DNA of 64,000 nucleotides, taken from an uncultured delta proteobacterium. Its GTDB lineage: Bacteria > Myxococcota_A > Polyangia > Polyangiales > Polyangiaceae. The position numbers and the translations under genes were made by a program. The notes beneath the pieces are model-generated. The model saw nothing but the letters and a program-made list of their open reading frames with translations. It did not search any database and had not been told where the DNA came from. The stretch spans positions 1,280,001 to 1,344,000 of the forward strand of contig CAWDXG010000004.1 in NCBI GenBank assembly GCA_963806225.1, written 5' to 3'. Below, piece after piece: positions 43,307 through 52,485 of the stretch. Positions within the stretch are counted from its first letter, which is position 1; every line of letters starts with the position of its first letter.

Positions 43307-45223
43307 CTAGAAGCGGAGCGTCGCGTCGAGCCGCGCGCCCTCGAAGGGCGGGAAGAAACGGCACACGCCCGACACGCAGCGCAGCGATCCGCGCCGCTCG
43401 CCGACGAACGCCGAAACACTCGACGAGCTGTTGAAATTGTAGCGGACCTGGCCGTTGTAGTACATGTTCGGCGTGGTCGAGCGCGTGTCGTACTCGACGC
43501 CGAACGCGACGACGATGTGCGGCGCCCACTGGAAACCGGTGAGGTGCTCGCCCTCGAACCAGGCCTCGCCTTCCGCGCGCGGCTCGACCCGGTGCCGGTG
43601 CCAGCCCTGCAGCTGCAGCGAGAACGGCCCGTGGATGTACTCGATGATGTCGTAGCGGACGTAGTTCTCGCGATACAGGACGCGGGTCCTGTTGCCGTGC
43701 GCGTCGATGAACGGCTGGTTCGCCTCGTGGTCGCGCGCCCCGACCGTGATGGTCGCACGCGAGCGATGGTGGTGCGCGGTCTTCTCCAGCCCGACGGCGA
43801 AGTCCCAGATGCGATCCAGCCTGTCGTCCCCCGTCTTGCACTCCTGGTTGACGGCCGATGAGGCCGCCCAGGTATCGTAGCGGCCGACCCACCCGAACAA
43901 CGTATCGTTGTCGCTCGCCTCGACGTCGGTGCGCAGGCGCCCGCCGGTGATGCAGCTGGTCATGTAGTTGAAGAACGCGTCCTCCCAGATCGGTTCCGTC
44001 GTGGGGGGCGTGCTGTACTGGACGATCTGGAATTCCTTGGTGGCAGCGCGGTTCAGCCGGTTGGGCTTGAGCGCGAAGAAGCGACGGTAGTGCTTCATCT
44101 CGAGCAGGACCGTGACCGGCCGCTGGATCACGCTGAGGCTGCCGTAGACGGCGTAGCCCGGATCGACCACGTGGGCGACGCCCGGATGATCGCGATGCTG
44201 GTAGGCCACCTCGACATAGCCGGCGCCATGGCCGTCGAAGTCGGGGATGCCGATGGACTGGCTGAAGTTCGTGACGTTGGGCTCGGGGAACTGCGACACG
44301 TCGCCGGCGATGGGGTAGTGGCGGATGAGCCGCGCCGCCTGGTAGCCGACCGCGACGTGCCGCGTCTTCACGTCCAGCTCGCCGCCGGCGAGGCGATCGG
44401 TGCTGTAGGTCGGCCCCACATAGCTCTGCCCGTGATCGGACGCGGGGCGCGGCATGCCCGCTTCGGCGATGCGCTGGCCCGCGAACGGGCCTTCGCCGTA
44501 GCTCGGGTCGACGCTCAGTATGCGGCCGCTGGCCTCGTCGATGCGCAGCGGGTTGAGCGCGCCGCCGATGCCGGTCAGCTTGAGACGCACGCCGTCCGCC
44601 TTGACCCGTCCCGTGAGGCGGGCGCCGCGAATGGTGGTATCGCTCGACAGCTCGTCGATCTTGCGCACGCTGAGCACCAGCCCGCGGCCGAGCTGCGCGT
44701 ACACATCGCCAACCGTCGCCTCGAAATCGGGCGTCGTGTAGCCGAGGTAGTACTTGGACGGATAGATGATGTTCTGGTAGCGGGTCGACAGGTCGTTGAG
44801 GGCCTGATGGCCCTCCTGGTCGTAGTAGTCCTGGGCGGACCCCGTACCGGCCGGCTGGTGATCGACCATGCGCCGCGCGACCTCCTTGGCCGTGGGCGCG
44901 GTGTAGAACCAGGCCGAGTCCAGCCTGAGGCCGAGCTGCCACCTGCCCCAGCTGCTCTGCAGGTTCAGCCGGTTGTAGAACATCCCCCACTTGTCGTCGG
45001 TGGCCGTATCGACCTTGCCGGGGCGGAAGTTCCGGTTGTCGAAGTTGTAGATGAAACTGCCGGCCTCGGTGACGTCCACGTCCACCGGCTTGTCGCCGAG
45101 CTTGCCCGGCTGCAGCGCCAGAGCGCTGGATGTGCCGAACCCCACCGACAGAAGCACCGCGAGCCCGTGCGCGGCGTGCCGTAGGCTGCGCTTTCCCCCC
45201 GCAGCTCGCGTCCTGTTCTGCAT
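43307..45223 (-). CDS. Outer-membrane beta-barrel protein, DUF6029-like
   Basis: Sec signal; GDVYAQLGRGLVL; C-terminal GSLRCVSGVCRFFPPFEGARLDATLRF with terminal Phe. Confidence 0.75.
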   Translation of the reverse strand: MQNRTRAAGGKRSLRHAAHGLAVLLSVGFGTSSALALQPGKLGDKPVDVDVTEAGSFIYNFDNRNFRPGKVDTATDDKWGMFYNRLNLQSSWGRWQLGLRLDSAWFYTAPTAKEVARRMVDHQPAGTGSAQDYYDQEGHQALNDLSTRYQNIIYPSKYYLGYTTPDFEATVGDVYAQLGRGLVLSVRKIDELSSDTTIRGARLTGRVKADGVRLKLTGIGGALNPLRIDEASGRILSVDPSYGEGPFAGQRIAEAGMPRPASDHGQSYVGPTYSTDRLAGGELDVKTRHVAVGYQAARLIRHYPIAGDVSQFPEPNVTNFSQSIGIPDFDGHGAGYVEVAYQHRDHPGVAHVVDPGYAVYGSLSVIQRPVTVLLEMKHYRRFFALKPNRLNRAATKEFQIVQYSTPPTTEPIWEDAFFNYMTSCITGGRLRTDVEASDNDTLFGWVGRYDTWAASSAVNQECKTGDDRLDRIWDFAVGLEKTAHHHRSRATITVGARDHEANQPFIDAHGNRTRVLYRENYVRYDIIEYIHGPFSLQLQGWHRHRVEPRAEGEAWFEGEHLTGFQWAPHIVVAFGVEYDTRSTTPNMYYNGQVRYNFNSSSSVSAFVGERRGSLRCVSGVCRFFPPFEGARLDATLRF

Positions 45224-45242
45224 CGGCGCGGGATCGTCGTCG

Positions 45243-45812
45243 CTACTTGGCCGCCAGCGCAGCCTGCACGTCCTTGTCGAGCTGCACCGCGTCGCCGGTG
45301 GTGTAGCCTTCCCTCTTCATGATCACGTGACCATCGCGGGCGATCAGCACGCTGTACGGCGCGCTGGTCTTCGGGTTGTACAGCGACACCACGCGCGTCT
45401 CCTGGTCGAGCAGGATCGGGAAGGTGACGCCCAACTTGGCGACCTCCGTCTTGACCTGGGCGACGGAGTCGGGCCCGTCGATGGAGATGCCAAGCACCAC
45501 GAAGCCCTTGTCCTTGTACTTCCGGTAGAGCTGGTCGAGATGCGGCATCGACGCCAGGCACGGGTCGCAGAAGGTCGCCCAGAAGTCGATCAGGATGACG
45601 TCCTTGCCCAGATAGTCGCTGAGCTGCACGCTGCGCCCGTCGAGAGAGTCGAGCTCGAAGTCCGGCGGACGTGACCGATCGCTTCCGGACGCGGAAGCCG
45701 CACCCGCACCCTGGGCACCGCCGCCGCCGCAGCCGGCCAGCACCACGGGCAGGAGAAGCCCGGCTGCCAGCGCCAGTCGCGCCGCACGTGTGACGATCGG
45801 TTTCAACTGCAT
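45243..45812 (-). CDS. TlpA/ResA-like thiol-disulfide oxidoreductase lipoprotein
   Basis: Lipobox LAGC; PDFEL, DFWATFCDPC, FPILLD, cis-Pro loop SAP. Confidence 0.9.
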   Translation of the reverse strand: MQLKPIVTRAARLALAAGLLLPVVLAGCGGGGAQGAGAASASGSDRSRPPDFELDSLDGRSVQLSDYLGKDVILIDFWATFCDPCLASMPHLDQLYRKYKDKGFVVLGISIDGPDSVAQVKTEVAKLGVTFPILLDQETRVVSLYNPKTSAPYSVLIARDGHVIMKREGYTTGDAVQLDKDVQAALAAK

Positions 45813-45944
45813 CGTGGCTCCAAAGCCGTCTTCGTCCGGAGCGCCAGGAGACGCAAGGGAAGAACACGAGAAGGTACTGTGCCGGGCGTGACTGCCGCGC
45901 CGCCGGACACTGTCCGACGACGCGGGACACGCGCAAGGAGGCCG

Positions 45945-46655
45945 CTACTTCGCGTTGGCGAGCGCGCTGTCGACCTGGTTCCAGATGGTCGTGGTGTCGC
46001 CGCCAAGCACCTGACCCACGATCTTCATGTTCGAGGCGTTGATCACCAGATTCATCGGCGTCGCGTCGGCGGTGAAGAAGTGTCCGAACCAGAAGGACGG
46101 ATCGGTCACCATCGGGAAGTGCACCCCGTAGTCCTTGGTCCACAGCTTCAGGTCCAACGGCTGCGCGGGATTCTGGTTGAGATCCTCGAACAGCACGCCG
46201 AAGAACTCGGCGCCCTTGGCCTTGTACTGGCTGTACTTGTTCTGCTGCTCGATCTCCGAGTACTCGCCCTGGCAGACGACGCACCAACGTGCCGAGACGT
46301 TGAGCAGGATGACCTTGGTGTTCTTGCTGCCGTCCGGATCGTAGAAGTCCGAGAGGTAGATCTTCTTCAGGTTGTTCGTGTCGTAGCCGGCCGCAACCGG
46401 GTCCTTCCAACCATAGAAGTACTGGGTGCCGGGCCCGATGGTGCTGCCGACATCGTAGCCGTACGGGCCCGCCGGGTACGGCGCGTTCTGCGTCGAGCCA
46501 CCACCGCTACCGCCACTCGATGCGCCGCCGGTGCCGCTCGACGCGCCGCCCGTACCGTGATCGAAATCAGCACCCTGGTTGGCGCTGCTCGAGCTGCACG
46601 CCAGAGCGAGTGCGCTCGCGAGGACACAAATGCCAGACAGAACAAGCTTTCTCAT
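45945..46655 (-). CDS. Redoxin/thioredoxin-fold lipoprotein
   Basis: Lipobox ALAC; YPAGPYG; SARWCVVC; FPMVTDP; ATP cis-Pro loop. Confidence 0.85.
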   Translation of the reverse strand: MRKLVLSGICVLASALALACSSSSANQGADFDHGTGGASSGTGGASSGGSGGGSTQNAPYPAGPYGYDVGSTIGPGTQYFYGWKDPVAAGYDTNNLKKIYLSDFYDPDGSKNTKVILLNVSARWCVVCQGEYSEIEQQNKYSQYKAKGAEFFGVLFEDLNQNPAQPLDLKLWTKDYGVHFPMVTDPSFWFGHFFTADATPMNLVINASNMKIVGQVLGGDTTTIWNQVDSALANAK

Positions 46656-46704
46656 GGGTCGCATCTCCACGTATAATCTAGACGAGTCCAGGTAACCGGG
46701 GCAA
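46649..46704. promoter_or_regulatory. Overlapping divergent sigma70-like promoters
   Basis: Plus: TTCTCA(46649-54)-17bp-TATAAT(46672-77). Minus: TTGCCC(46704-699)-18bp-TAGATT(46680-75). Confidence 0.45.
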
Positions 46705-46890
46705 GGGGGGCCGTCAAGGGCCGGTGCCTCTTCCCACACGCCCTCGCTTTGCGGTAGTACGCCGGGCGCAGGCGGCTGGTTACAGCTTTGTTGCTTGTGC
46801 TGTGGAACTTTACAGTCCGACTGTCGGCACGATCATCTGCACGACGATGATGCATGAAGCCGACGGTTCCCGTTATCACCAGAGGTAGTC

Positions 46891-48447
46891 ATGCGCGCTC
46901 GTGAATCCAGGCGATCGACCCAGTCCGACGCACCGCGGAAGCGACGGTCCTGGCCGCACTTCGTCCGCAGCCTGGTGTTCGTGGCCGCCGCGCTGGCTCT
47001 GGGGCTCGGAGCGGGATGCTCCAGCGGGAACAGCGACTGCTCCGGCGTGACGATCGAAGGCAAGTGCCAGAAGAGGTGCCAGGACAGCGCGTGCTCGGCC
47101 GGCACCCGCTGCGTCGTGTTCGGGGATCTGAACAACGCCTGCGAACCGTCGTGCAAAAGCCAGTCCGATTGTCCGATGGGCAAGAACTGCGAGAAGTACC
47201 AGTTCCCGGACGGGACCATCGCCAAGTACTGCGTGCGCCTCGACTACTCCAAGGGCGGCCGGACCGGACAGCACGAAGCCTGCCAGCAGAGCACCGAGTG
47301 CGACCAGCCGCGCGGCTTCACCTGCATCGGCCAGATGTGCGAGCACGCCTGCAAGCAGAGCAGCGACTGCCCCCAGAGCTACGTCTGCGGAACCGACAAC
47401 TTCTGCGTGAAGGACGGCACGGGCAAGGACGGCGACGCCTGCAAGACGAGCGCTGACTGCGCGCAGCGGTCGGGCCTGGAGTGCATGGGCGGCAAGTGCG
47501 GCGTGCCCTGCCAGTACTCGGGCGACTGCCCAGACGGCTACTGCGCCCCGGCCGGCAACGACGACAGCGGCAAACCGGCGGAGGCGTGCAAGAAGGACAG
47601 CTTCCCGCGCGACAAGGGCCAGTACGGCAGCGACTGCCCGAACGGCTCCGCCGACTGCGACGCGACGAAGGGCTTCAGCTGCGTGGGGGCCGGCAAGGCC
47701 GATCCTTTCGCCTACTGCACCCAGCGCGACTGCGGCGCCGACACCGACTGCCCGACGGGCTATTTCTGCTCGCTGCAGCGCACGGCTACGCTGCCGTGCC
47801 AGAACGCCTGCGGCTTCCAGGGTGACTCGTCGAAGGCGGACTGCGCGAAGGCCGCCGACATCGGAGCGGGCAAGACGTTCCAGTGCGGCCCGCTCAGCCT
47901 GCTCCGCCACATCTGCCTCAAGCGCAAGTTCTGCAACTCGTGCCAGACGGACGCGGACTGCAACGAGGAGCAGGGTCAGGTCTGTGCCAAGGACGAAAGC
48001 GGCAACAAGATCTGCACGGTGCTCTGCGACGTGAAGACGAACTCGTGTCCGTGGGGCAGCGCAGCAACCTGCGGCCTCTGGGACAAGGATCTCGGCAAGC
48101 CGACCTGCGCGCACCGCTACGGCAGCTGCAAGAGCGCGGGCACGCCCGCTGGCTGCGATCCCTGCGTCGACGACAGCGACTGCGGCTCGAACGGCCTGTG
48201 CGTCTCCAGCAGCTTCACCGGAGAGCACTTCTGTCTCGAGCTCGGCGAAACGTGTTCGTGCCCAGCCGGCACCGCGCAGACCTGCCAGGGCGGAGGCTGC
48301 CCGAAGGCCGCCGGCGGCAAGAGCACCCTGACGGAGACCTGCGTCGGCGGCAGCCAGCTCACGTCGTCTGCGCTGTACAACAAGTGCTACGGCGCCAACT
48401 CCGGCTCGTTCCAGAACATCCAGACGGGCTGCTGGCCGGCGAAGTAG
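46891..48447 (+). CDS. Very Cys-rich lipoprotein (about 60 Cys)
   Basis: Signal ending LGAGC; repeated CxxxxDC...C modules over 518 aa. Confidence 0.85.
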   Translation: MRARESRRSTQSDAPRKRRSWPHFVRSLVFVAAALALGLGAGCSSGNSDCSGVTIEGKCQKRCQDSACSAGTRCVVFGDLNNACEPSCKSQSDCPMGKNCEKYQFPDGTIAKYCVRLDYSKGGRTGQHEACQQSTECDQPRGFTCIGQMCEHACKQSSDCPQSYVCGTDNFCVKDGTGKDGDACKTSADCAQRSGLECMGGKCGVPCQYSGDCPDGYCAPAGNDDSGKPAEACKKDSFPRDKGQYGSDCPNGSADCDATKGFSCVGAGKADPFAYCTQRDCGADTDCPTGYFCSLQRTATLPCQNACGFQGDSSKADCAKAADIGAGKTFQCGPLSLLRHICLKRKFCNSCQTDADCNEEQGQVCAKDESGNKICTVLCDVKTNSCPWGSAATCGLWDKDLGKPTCAHRYGSCKSAGTPAGCDPCVDDSDCGSNGLCVSSSFTGEHFCLELGETCSCPAGTAQTCQGGGCPKAAGGKSTLTETCVGGSQLTSSALYNKCYGANSGSFQNIQTGCWPAK

Positions 48448-48467
48448 CGCCGCTCCCCACACATCAC

Positions 48468-48493
48468 GAGCCGGCCCCGACCCGGGCCGGCTC
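48468..48493 (+). terminator. GC-rich hairpin after the Cys-rich gene
   Basis: GAGCCGGCCC/GGGCCGGCTC stem; no clear T tract. Confidence 0.4.
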
Positions 48494-48687
48494 CGGACCT
48501 GGGCGCGAGCCTTGCGCAACAGCTGCGTCTGGGCGAACAAGCGCGGGTAATCACAGGACAAACTGCGGGGCTTCCCCTGCCGGCCCTTGTCGCTCTATCC
48601 TCTGCATACCCGAGGGTGGTGACCCGTCCAACGATGCTGGCGGGGCTTTAGCCTGCCCTGGGATACGTGGACCAAGGAGAGCCTTAG

Positions 48688-49989
48688 ATGAAAACCAATG
48701 GATTTCGCTTCGTAGCCGGCCCCCTGCTAGCCGCAACGCTGGCGCTGCCGCTGGCCGGCGGAGGCTGCAGCGCGGCCAAGGCCGCACAGGGGTGCAACGG
48801 ACTGGATGTCTCGGCGAAAGCCGACCTGACGGTGAAGTCCTTCGCGGACGCCGCCACCGAGCTGAAGGACGCGGCCGTGAAGGTCGAGGGCCAGTGGACC
48901 ACGGTCTGCAACGCCATCAACGCTGATCTCGGCGAGGACACCAGCAAGACCGACGCTGCGGGCGCGTGCGGCGTGCTCAACGCCCGCGTGGCCAGCGCTC
49001 TGAACGCCGGTGCCTCGGTGACGGTGAAAGCGAACTACACCTGCACTGCCGACGCCAGTGTCCAGGCGGACTGCCAGGGCAAGTGCGCGGCGGCTGCCAA
49101 GTGCGACATCGAGGCGTCCTGCACTCCCGCGGAGCTGTCGGGCACCTGCAGCGCCACCTGCTCGGGCTCCTGCACGGCACCGTCGGTCCAGTGCACCGGC
49201 CAGTGCACGGGCACCTGTTCGGCCAGCGCCGCAATCAGCTGTTCGGGCACGTGCGAGGGTAGCTGCGACGCGCCGAGCTGGAGCGGCACCTGCGACGCGG
49301 GCTGCTCCGCCCAGTTCAGCGGCACGTGCACGGGTACCTGCAACGGCCAGTGTGACGGGAAAGCCACCAACGGCACCGGCGACGGCAACTGCACCGGAAC
49401 CTGCGAAGGCACCTGCAGCGCAGGTGCGACCGGCAGCTGCAAGGCGACCTGCACCGGCCAGTTCAGCGGCGGCTCCTGCAGCGGCCAGTGCACCGGCAAG
49501 TGCACGACCGACGCGGCCGTGGACTGCCAGGGCACCTGCGACGGCACCTGCACCGCCACGCCGGCCAAGTGCGACGGAACGTGCACCGGCGGCTGTTCAG
49601 TCAAGTACACGGCGCCTCATTGCGACGGCAAGCTCAAATGCAACGTCGACGCCAACTGCCAGGCATCCTGCGACGGCCAGGCGAGCGCCAACGTGAAGTG
49701 CGGCGGGTCGACCGACGTGCAGGTCACGGGCGACGCGCAGCTGTACGCCGCTCTGTCGGCTCACAGTGCGGACATCGCCGCTGCCTTCGGCGCGACCATC
49801 AGCCTGAAGGACCAGATCTTCAAGCTGGCCGACCAGGTCGGCGGCGCGATCCAGGCCGTGGGCGACATCTCCGCGGCGGGCGCGACCTGCATGGCCAGCT
49901 CGCTCAAGGTGATGGGAGAGGCCAAGGCGTCGATCAACGTCTCGGTCAACGCCAGCGCCAGCGTGAACGGCAAGGCCAGCAGCGGCTGA
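48688..49989 (+). CDS. Lipoprotein with central CxGxCxGxC repeats (about 40 Cys)
   Basis: AAGGAG RBS; signal ending AGGGC; TCTGTCNGQCDG-type repeats flanked by Ala-rich helical regions. Confidence 0.85.
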   Translation: MKTNGFRFVAGPLLAATLALPLAGGGCSAAKAAQGCNGLDVSAKADLTVKSFADAATELKDAAVKVEGQWTTVCNAINADLGEDTSKTDAAGACGVLNARVASALNAGASVTVKANYTCTADASVQADCQGKCAAAAKCDIEASCTPAELSGTCSATCSGSCTAPSVQCTGQCTGTCSASAAISCSGTCEGSCDAPSWSGTCDAGCSAQFSGTCTGTCNGQCDGKATNGTGDGNCTGTCEGTCSAGATGSCKATCTGQFSGGSCSGQCTGKCTTDAAVDCQGTCDGTCTATPAKCDGTCTGGCSVKYTAPHCDGKLKCNVDANCQASCDGQASANVKCGGSTDVQVTGDAQLYAALSAHSADIAAAFGATISLKDQIFKLADQVGGAIQAVGDISAAGATCMASSLKVMGEAKASINVSVNASASVNGKASSG

Positions 49990-50009
49990 CCTGAGCCCTC
50001 GCGGCAACC

Positions 50010-50052
50010 CGAAACCCTCCGGCGCTCCGGCGTCGGGGGGTTTCGCGTATTT
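50010..50052 (+). terminator. Intrinsic terminator
   Basis: CGAAACCCTCCGGCGC-tccg-GCGTCGGGGGGTTTCG followed by TATTT. Confidence 0.7.
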
Positions 50053-50120
50053 CCGGGGCCGGATCGAGATCGCGGGGGCCTAAAGACCTGACGCGCAGCG
50101 CCGTTTGTGGGGAGGGACAC

Positions 50121-51389
50121 GTGACCGTGATGCCAACCCAACCCATCCAGAGCCGCCTCGTGGACGGCAAGTACGCCCTGACCCGGCAGCTCGGCTCCGG
50201 CGCCGCCGGCGTCGTCTACGAGGCCGAGCACCTGCTCGTCGGCAAGCGCGTAGCGCTGAAGCTGCTGCGCCCGGAGCTCGCGCGGGATGCCGGCCTCTCG
50301 CGGCGCTTCGTAGCCGAAGCCCGCGCCGCCGCGCGCATTGGGCACGCGAACGTGGTCGACATCTTCGACCTGGGAGTTGCCCGCGACGGCACCTGCTACC
50401 TGGTCATGGAGTTCCTGGACGGCGAAACCCTGTTCGAGATACTCGAGCAGCGCGGCGCCCTACCGGCCTCCTACGCCTGCGAGCTGATGCTGCAGGTGCT
50501 CGCGGGGCTCGAGGCGGCGCACGAGCAGGGCATCGTGCACCGCGATCTGAAGCCGGCCAACGTAATGGTCACCCACCCGCGCCCCGACCGCCCGCTGGCC
50601 AAGGTGCTCGACTTCGGGATCGCCAAGGGCGTGCTCGACCCCGCGCTCCTCGACGAGGCCGGCATCGTGCTGGGCACCCCGCTCTACATGGCTCCGGAGC
50701 AGGCGCTGGGACTGGAAGTGGACGCGCGAACGGACGTGTACTCCGCCGCCGCGATCCTCTACGAACTCCTGGCAGGGGCCACGCGCTTCGAGGGCGACAC
50801 GCCCGAGCTCGTCCTCGCCGACGTGGTCGCGGGACGTCACCGTCCGCTCGCGGAAGCCGCGCCCTGGCTGCCGCCGCGCCTGGTCGAGGTGATCGAAGCC
50901 GCCCTGGCGCGCGATCCACAGCTGAGGCCCGCCAGCGCAGCCAGCTTCGCCGCCGGGCTCAGACCCTTTGTCGGCACCGAGCACGCCGGCTCCTTCGCCC
51001 CGAGCGTCCGCCCGTCGCTGGGACCGATCCCGTTGGTGCACTCGGTGTCCCGGCCGCGGCTCAAGCCCACGATGCTCGATCCCTCGGCGCCCGCGCTCGT
51101 CCTGCGCGCGCCCAGCTTCCCGGCGCGGATGCTGCGCTTGCCGCCGCGCGACCCGGCGGCCAGTGACTCGCTCCTGCGCTCGCCACGCATCCCTGCCGCA
51201 GCCTGCATGCCCCGGGAAGTCGCAGCCACGTATCCCACGACCGAACCGCCCGGACCGGAGCCGGAGCCGGAGCCGGAGCCACTCCCGATCAGCATCGCGG
51301 CCCGCATCGGTGTGCGCGCAGTACTAGTCGCGACCGCGCTCGGCTTCGGCGTAGGTCTGGCCGGCGCCTGGCTGGCGGGGCTCATCTGA
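50121..51389 (+). CDS. Ser/Thr kinase with C-terminal TM anchor
   Basis: GSGAAGVVY, VALK, HRDLKPAN, DFG, YMAPE; PEPEPE linker; hydrophobic C-terminus. Confidence 0.9.
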   Translation: MTVMPTQPIQSRLVDGKYALTRQLGSGAAGVVYEAEHLLVGKRVALKLLRPELARDAGLSRRFVAEARAAARIGHANVVDIFDLGVARDGTCYLVMEFLDGETLFEILEQRGALPASYACELMLQVLAGLEAAHEQGIVHRDLKPANVMVTHPRPDRPLAKVLDFGIAKGVLDPALLDEAGIVLGTPLYMAPEQALGLEVDARTDVYSAAAILYELLAGATRFEGDTPELVLADVVAGRHRPLAEAAPWLPPRLVEVIEAALARDPQLRPASAASFAAGLRPFVGTEHAGSFAPSVRPSLGPIPLVHSVSRPRLKPTMLDPSAPALVLRAPSFPARMLRLPPRDPAASDSLLRSPRIPAAACMPREVAATYPTTEPPGPEPEPEPEPLPISIAARIGVRAVLVATALGFGVGLAGAWLAGLI

Positions 51390-51490
51390 CGCCGGATTGC
51401 GCGCGCCCCCTTGCGCATCGGGGCCCGGGACCGGGTTGCATCGCCGGCCGCGTTGACAGGACCCAGCGCTGGTCCTAGTTCACCTGGGCC

Positions 51491-52387
51491 ATGAGCGAGA
51501 CGACTGAAGAGAGCCGCGAGGTCACGAGCCGCGTGATCGGGGACGACGACCCGGTGCCGGGCGTGAAGAACGTGATCCTGGTGATGAGCGGCAAGGGCGG
51601 CGTCGGCAAGAGCACGGTGGCCGCCAACCTGGCGCTCGCGCTGTCGCGCTCGGGTCACCGGGTGGGGCTGCTCGACGCCGACATCTACGGCCCCAGCATC
51701 CCGACCATGCTCGGCATCACCGGGCGCCCGGTCAGCGACGGGCAGAAGATCGTGCCGCTGCAGCGCTTCGGCGTGAAGCTGATGAGCATCGGCTTCCTGC
51801 TGGAAGACGAGCGGTCGGCCGTGGTGTGGCGCGGCCCGATGCTGCACGGGGCGCTCCTGCAGTTCATCAAGGACGTGGACTGGGGCGAGCTCGACTACCT
51901 GCTGCTGGATCTTCCGCCCGGCACCGGCGATATCGCGCTCACGCTGGCGCAGCGCGTGTCGACCAACGGCGCCGTGATCGTGACGACACCGCAAGAGGTG
52001 GCGCTGCAGGACGTGTACAAGTCGGTGTCGATGGCGCAGAAGGTCGGCATCCCGGTGCTGGGCGTCGTCGAGAACCAGAGCTATTTCGTGTGTGACGGCT
52101 GCGACAAGCGCCACGAGCTGTTTGGCAGCGGCGGCGGCGAGAAGGTCGCGGAAATGGCCGGAGCGCCGCTGCTCGGGCAGCTGCCGATCGACGCGAGCGT
52201 CCGCCAGTGGGGCGACGCCGGGACGCCGGTGGTCCAGGCTGCCCCGGGGTCGGCAATCGCCCGCGCCTTCGTGGAAGTCGCCGAAAAGCTGGCCGAGGAA
52301 GTGGACCGGACGAACACCGAACAGCCCGGCGGGCTTAGCATCGACCGCAGCGGCGGCGTCAACCGCCACCTGCCGGTCACCCGCTAG
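51491..52387 (+). CDS. mrp: Mrp/NBP35 (ApbC) Fe-S carrier ATPase
   Basis: SGKGGVGKST, DADIYGPS, WRGPM, DLPPGTGD, CDGC. Confidence 0.93.
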   Translation: MSETTEESREVTSRVIGDDDPVPGVKNVILVMSGKGGVGKSTVAANLALALSRSGHRVGLLDADIYGPSIPTMLGITGRPVSDGQKIVPLQRFGVKLMSIGFLLEDERSAVVWRGPMLHGALLQFIKDVDWGELDYLLLDLPPGTGDIALTLAQRVSTNGAVIVTTPQEVALQDVYKSVSMAQKVGIPVLGVVENQSYFVCDGCDKRHELFGSGGGEKVAEMAGAPLLGQLPIDASVRQWGDAGTPVVQAAPGSAIARAFVEVAEKLAEEVDRTNTEQPGGLSIDRSGGVNRHLPVTR

Positions 52388-52485
52388 TTCCGGCCATCCC
52401 CGGGAGCAGATACCCCCACTCGCGATTGGCACCCGCCACGAGGCGCGATATACGCTCGTCCCTCTAGAGCCGAGACTGGTCCGCC

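Noticed and set aside
45243..46655. Selenocysteine in the redoxins
   Set aside because: Both CxxC motifs use normal Cys codons; there is no in-frame TGA.
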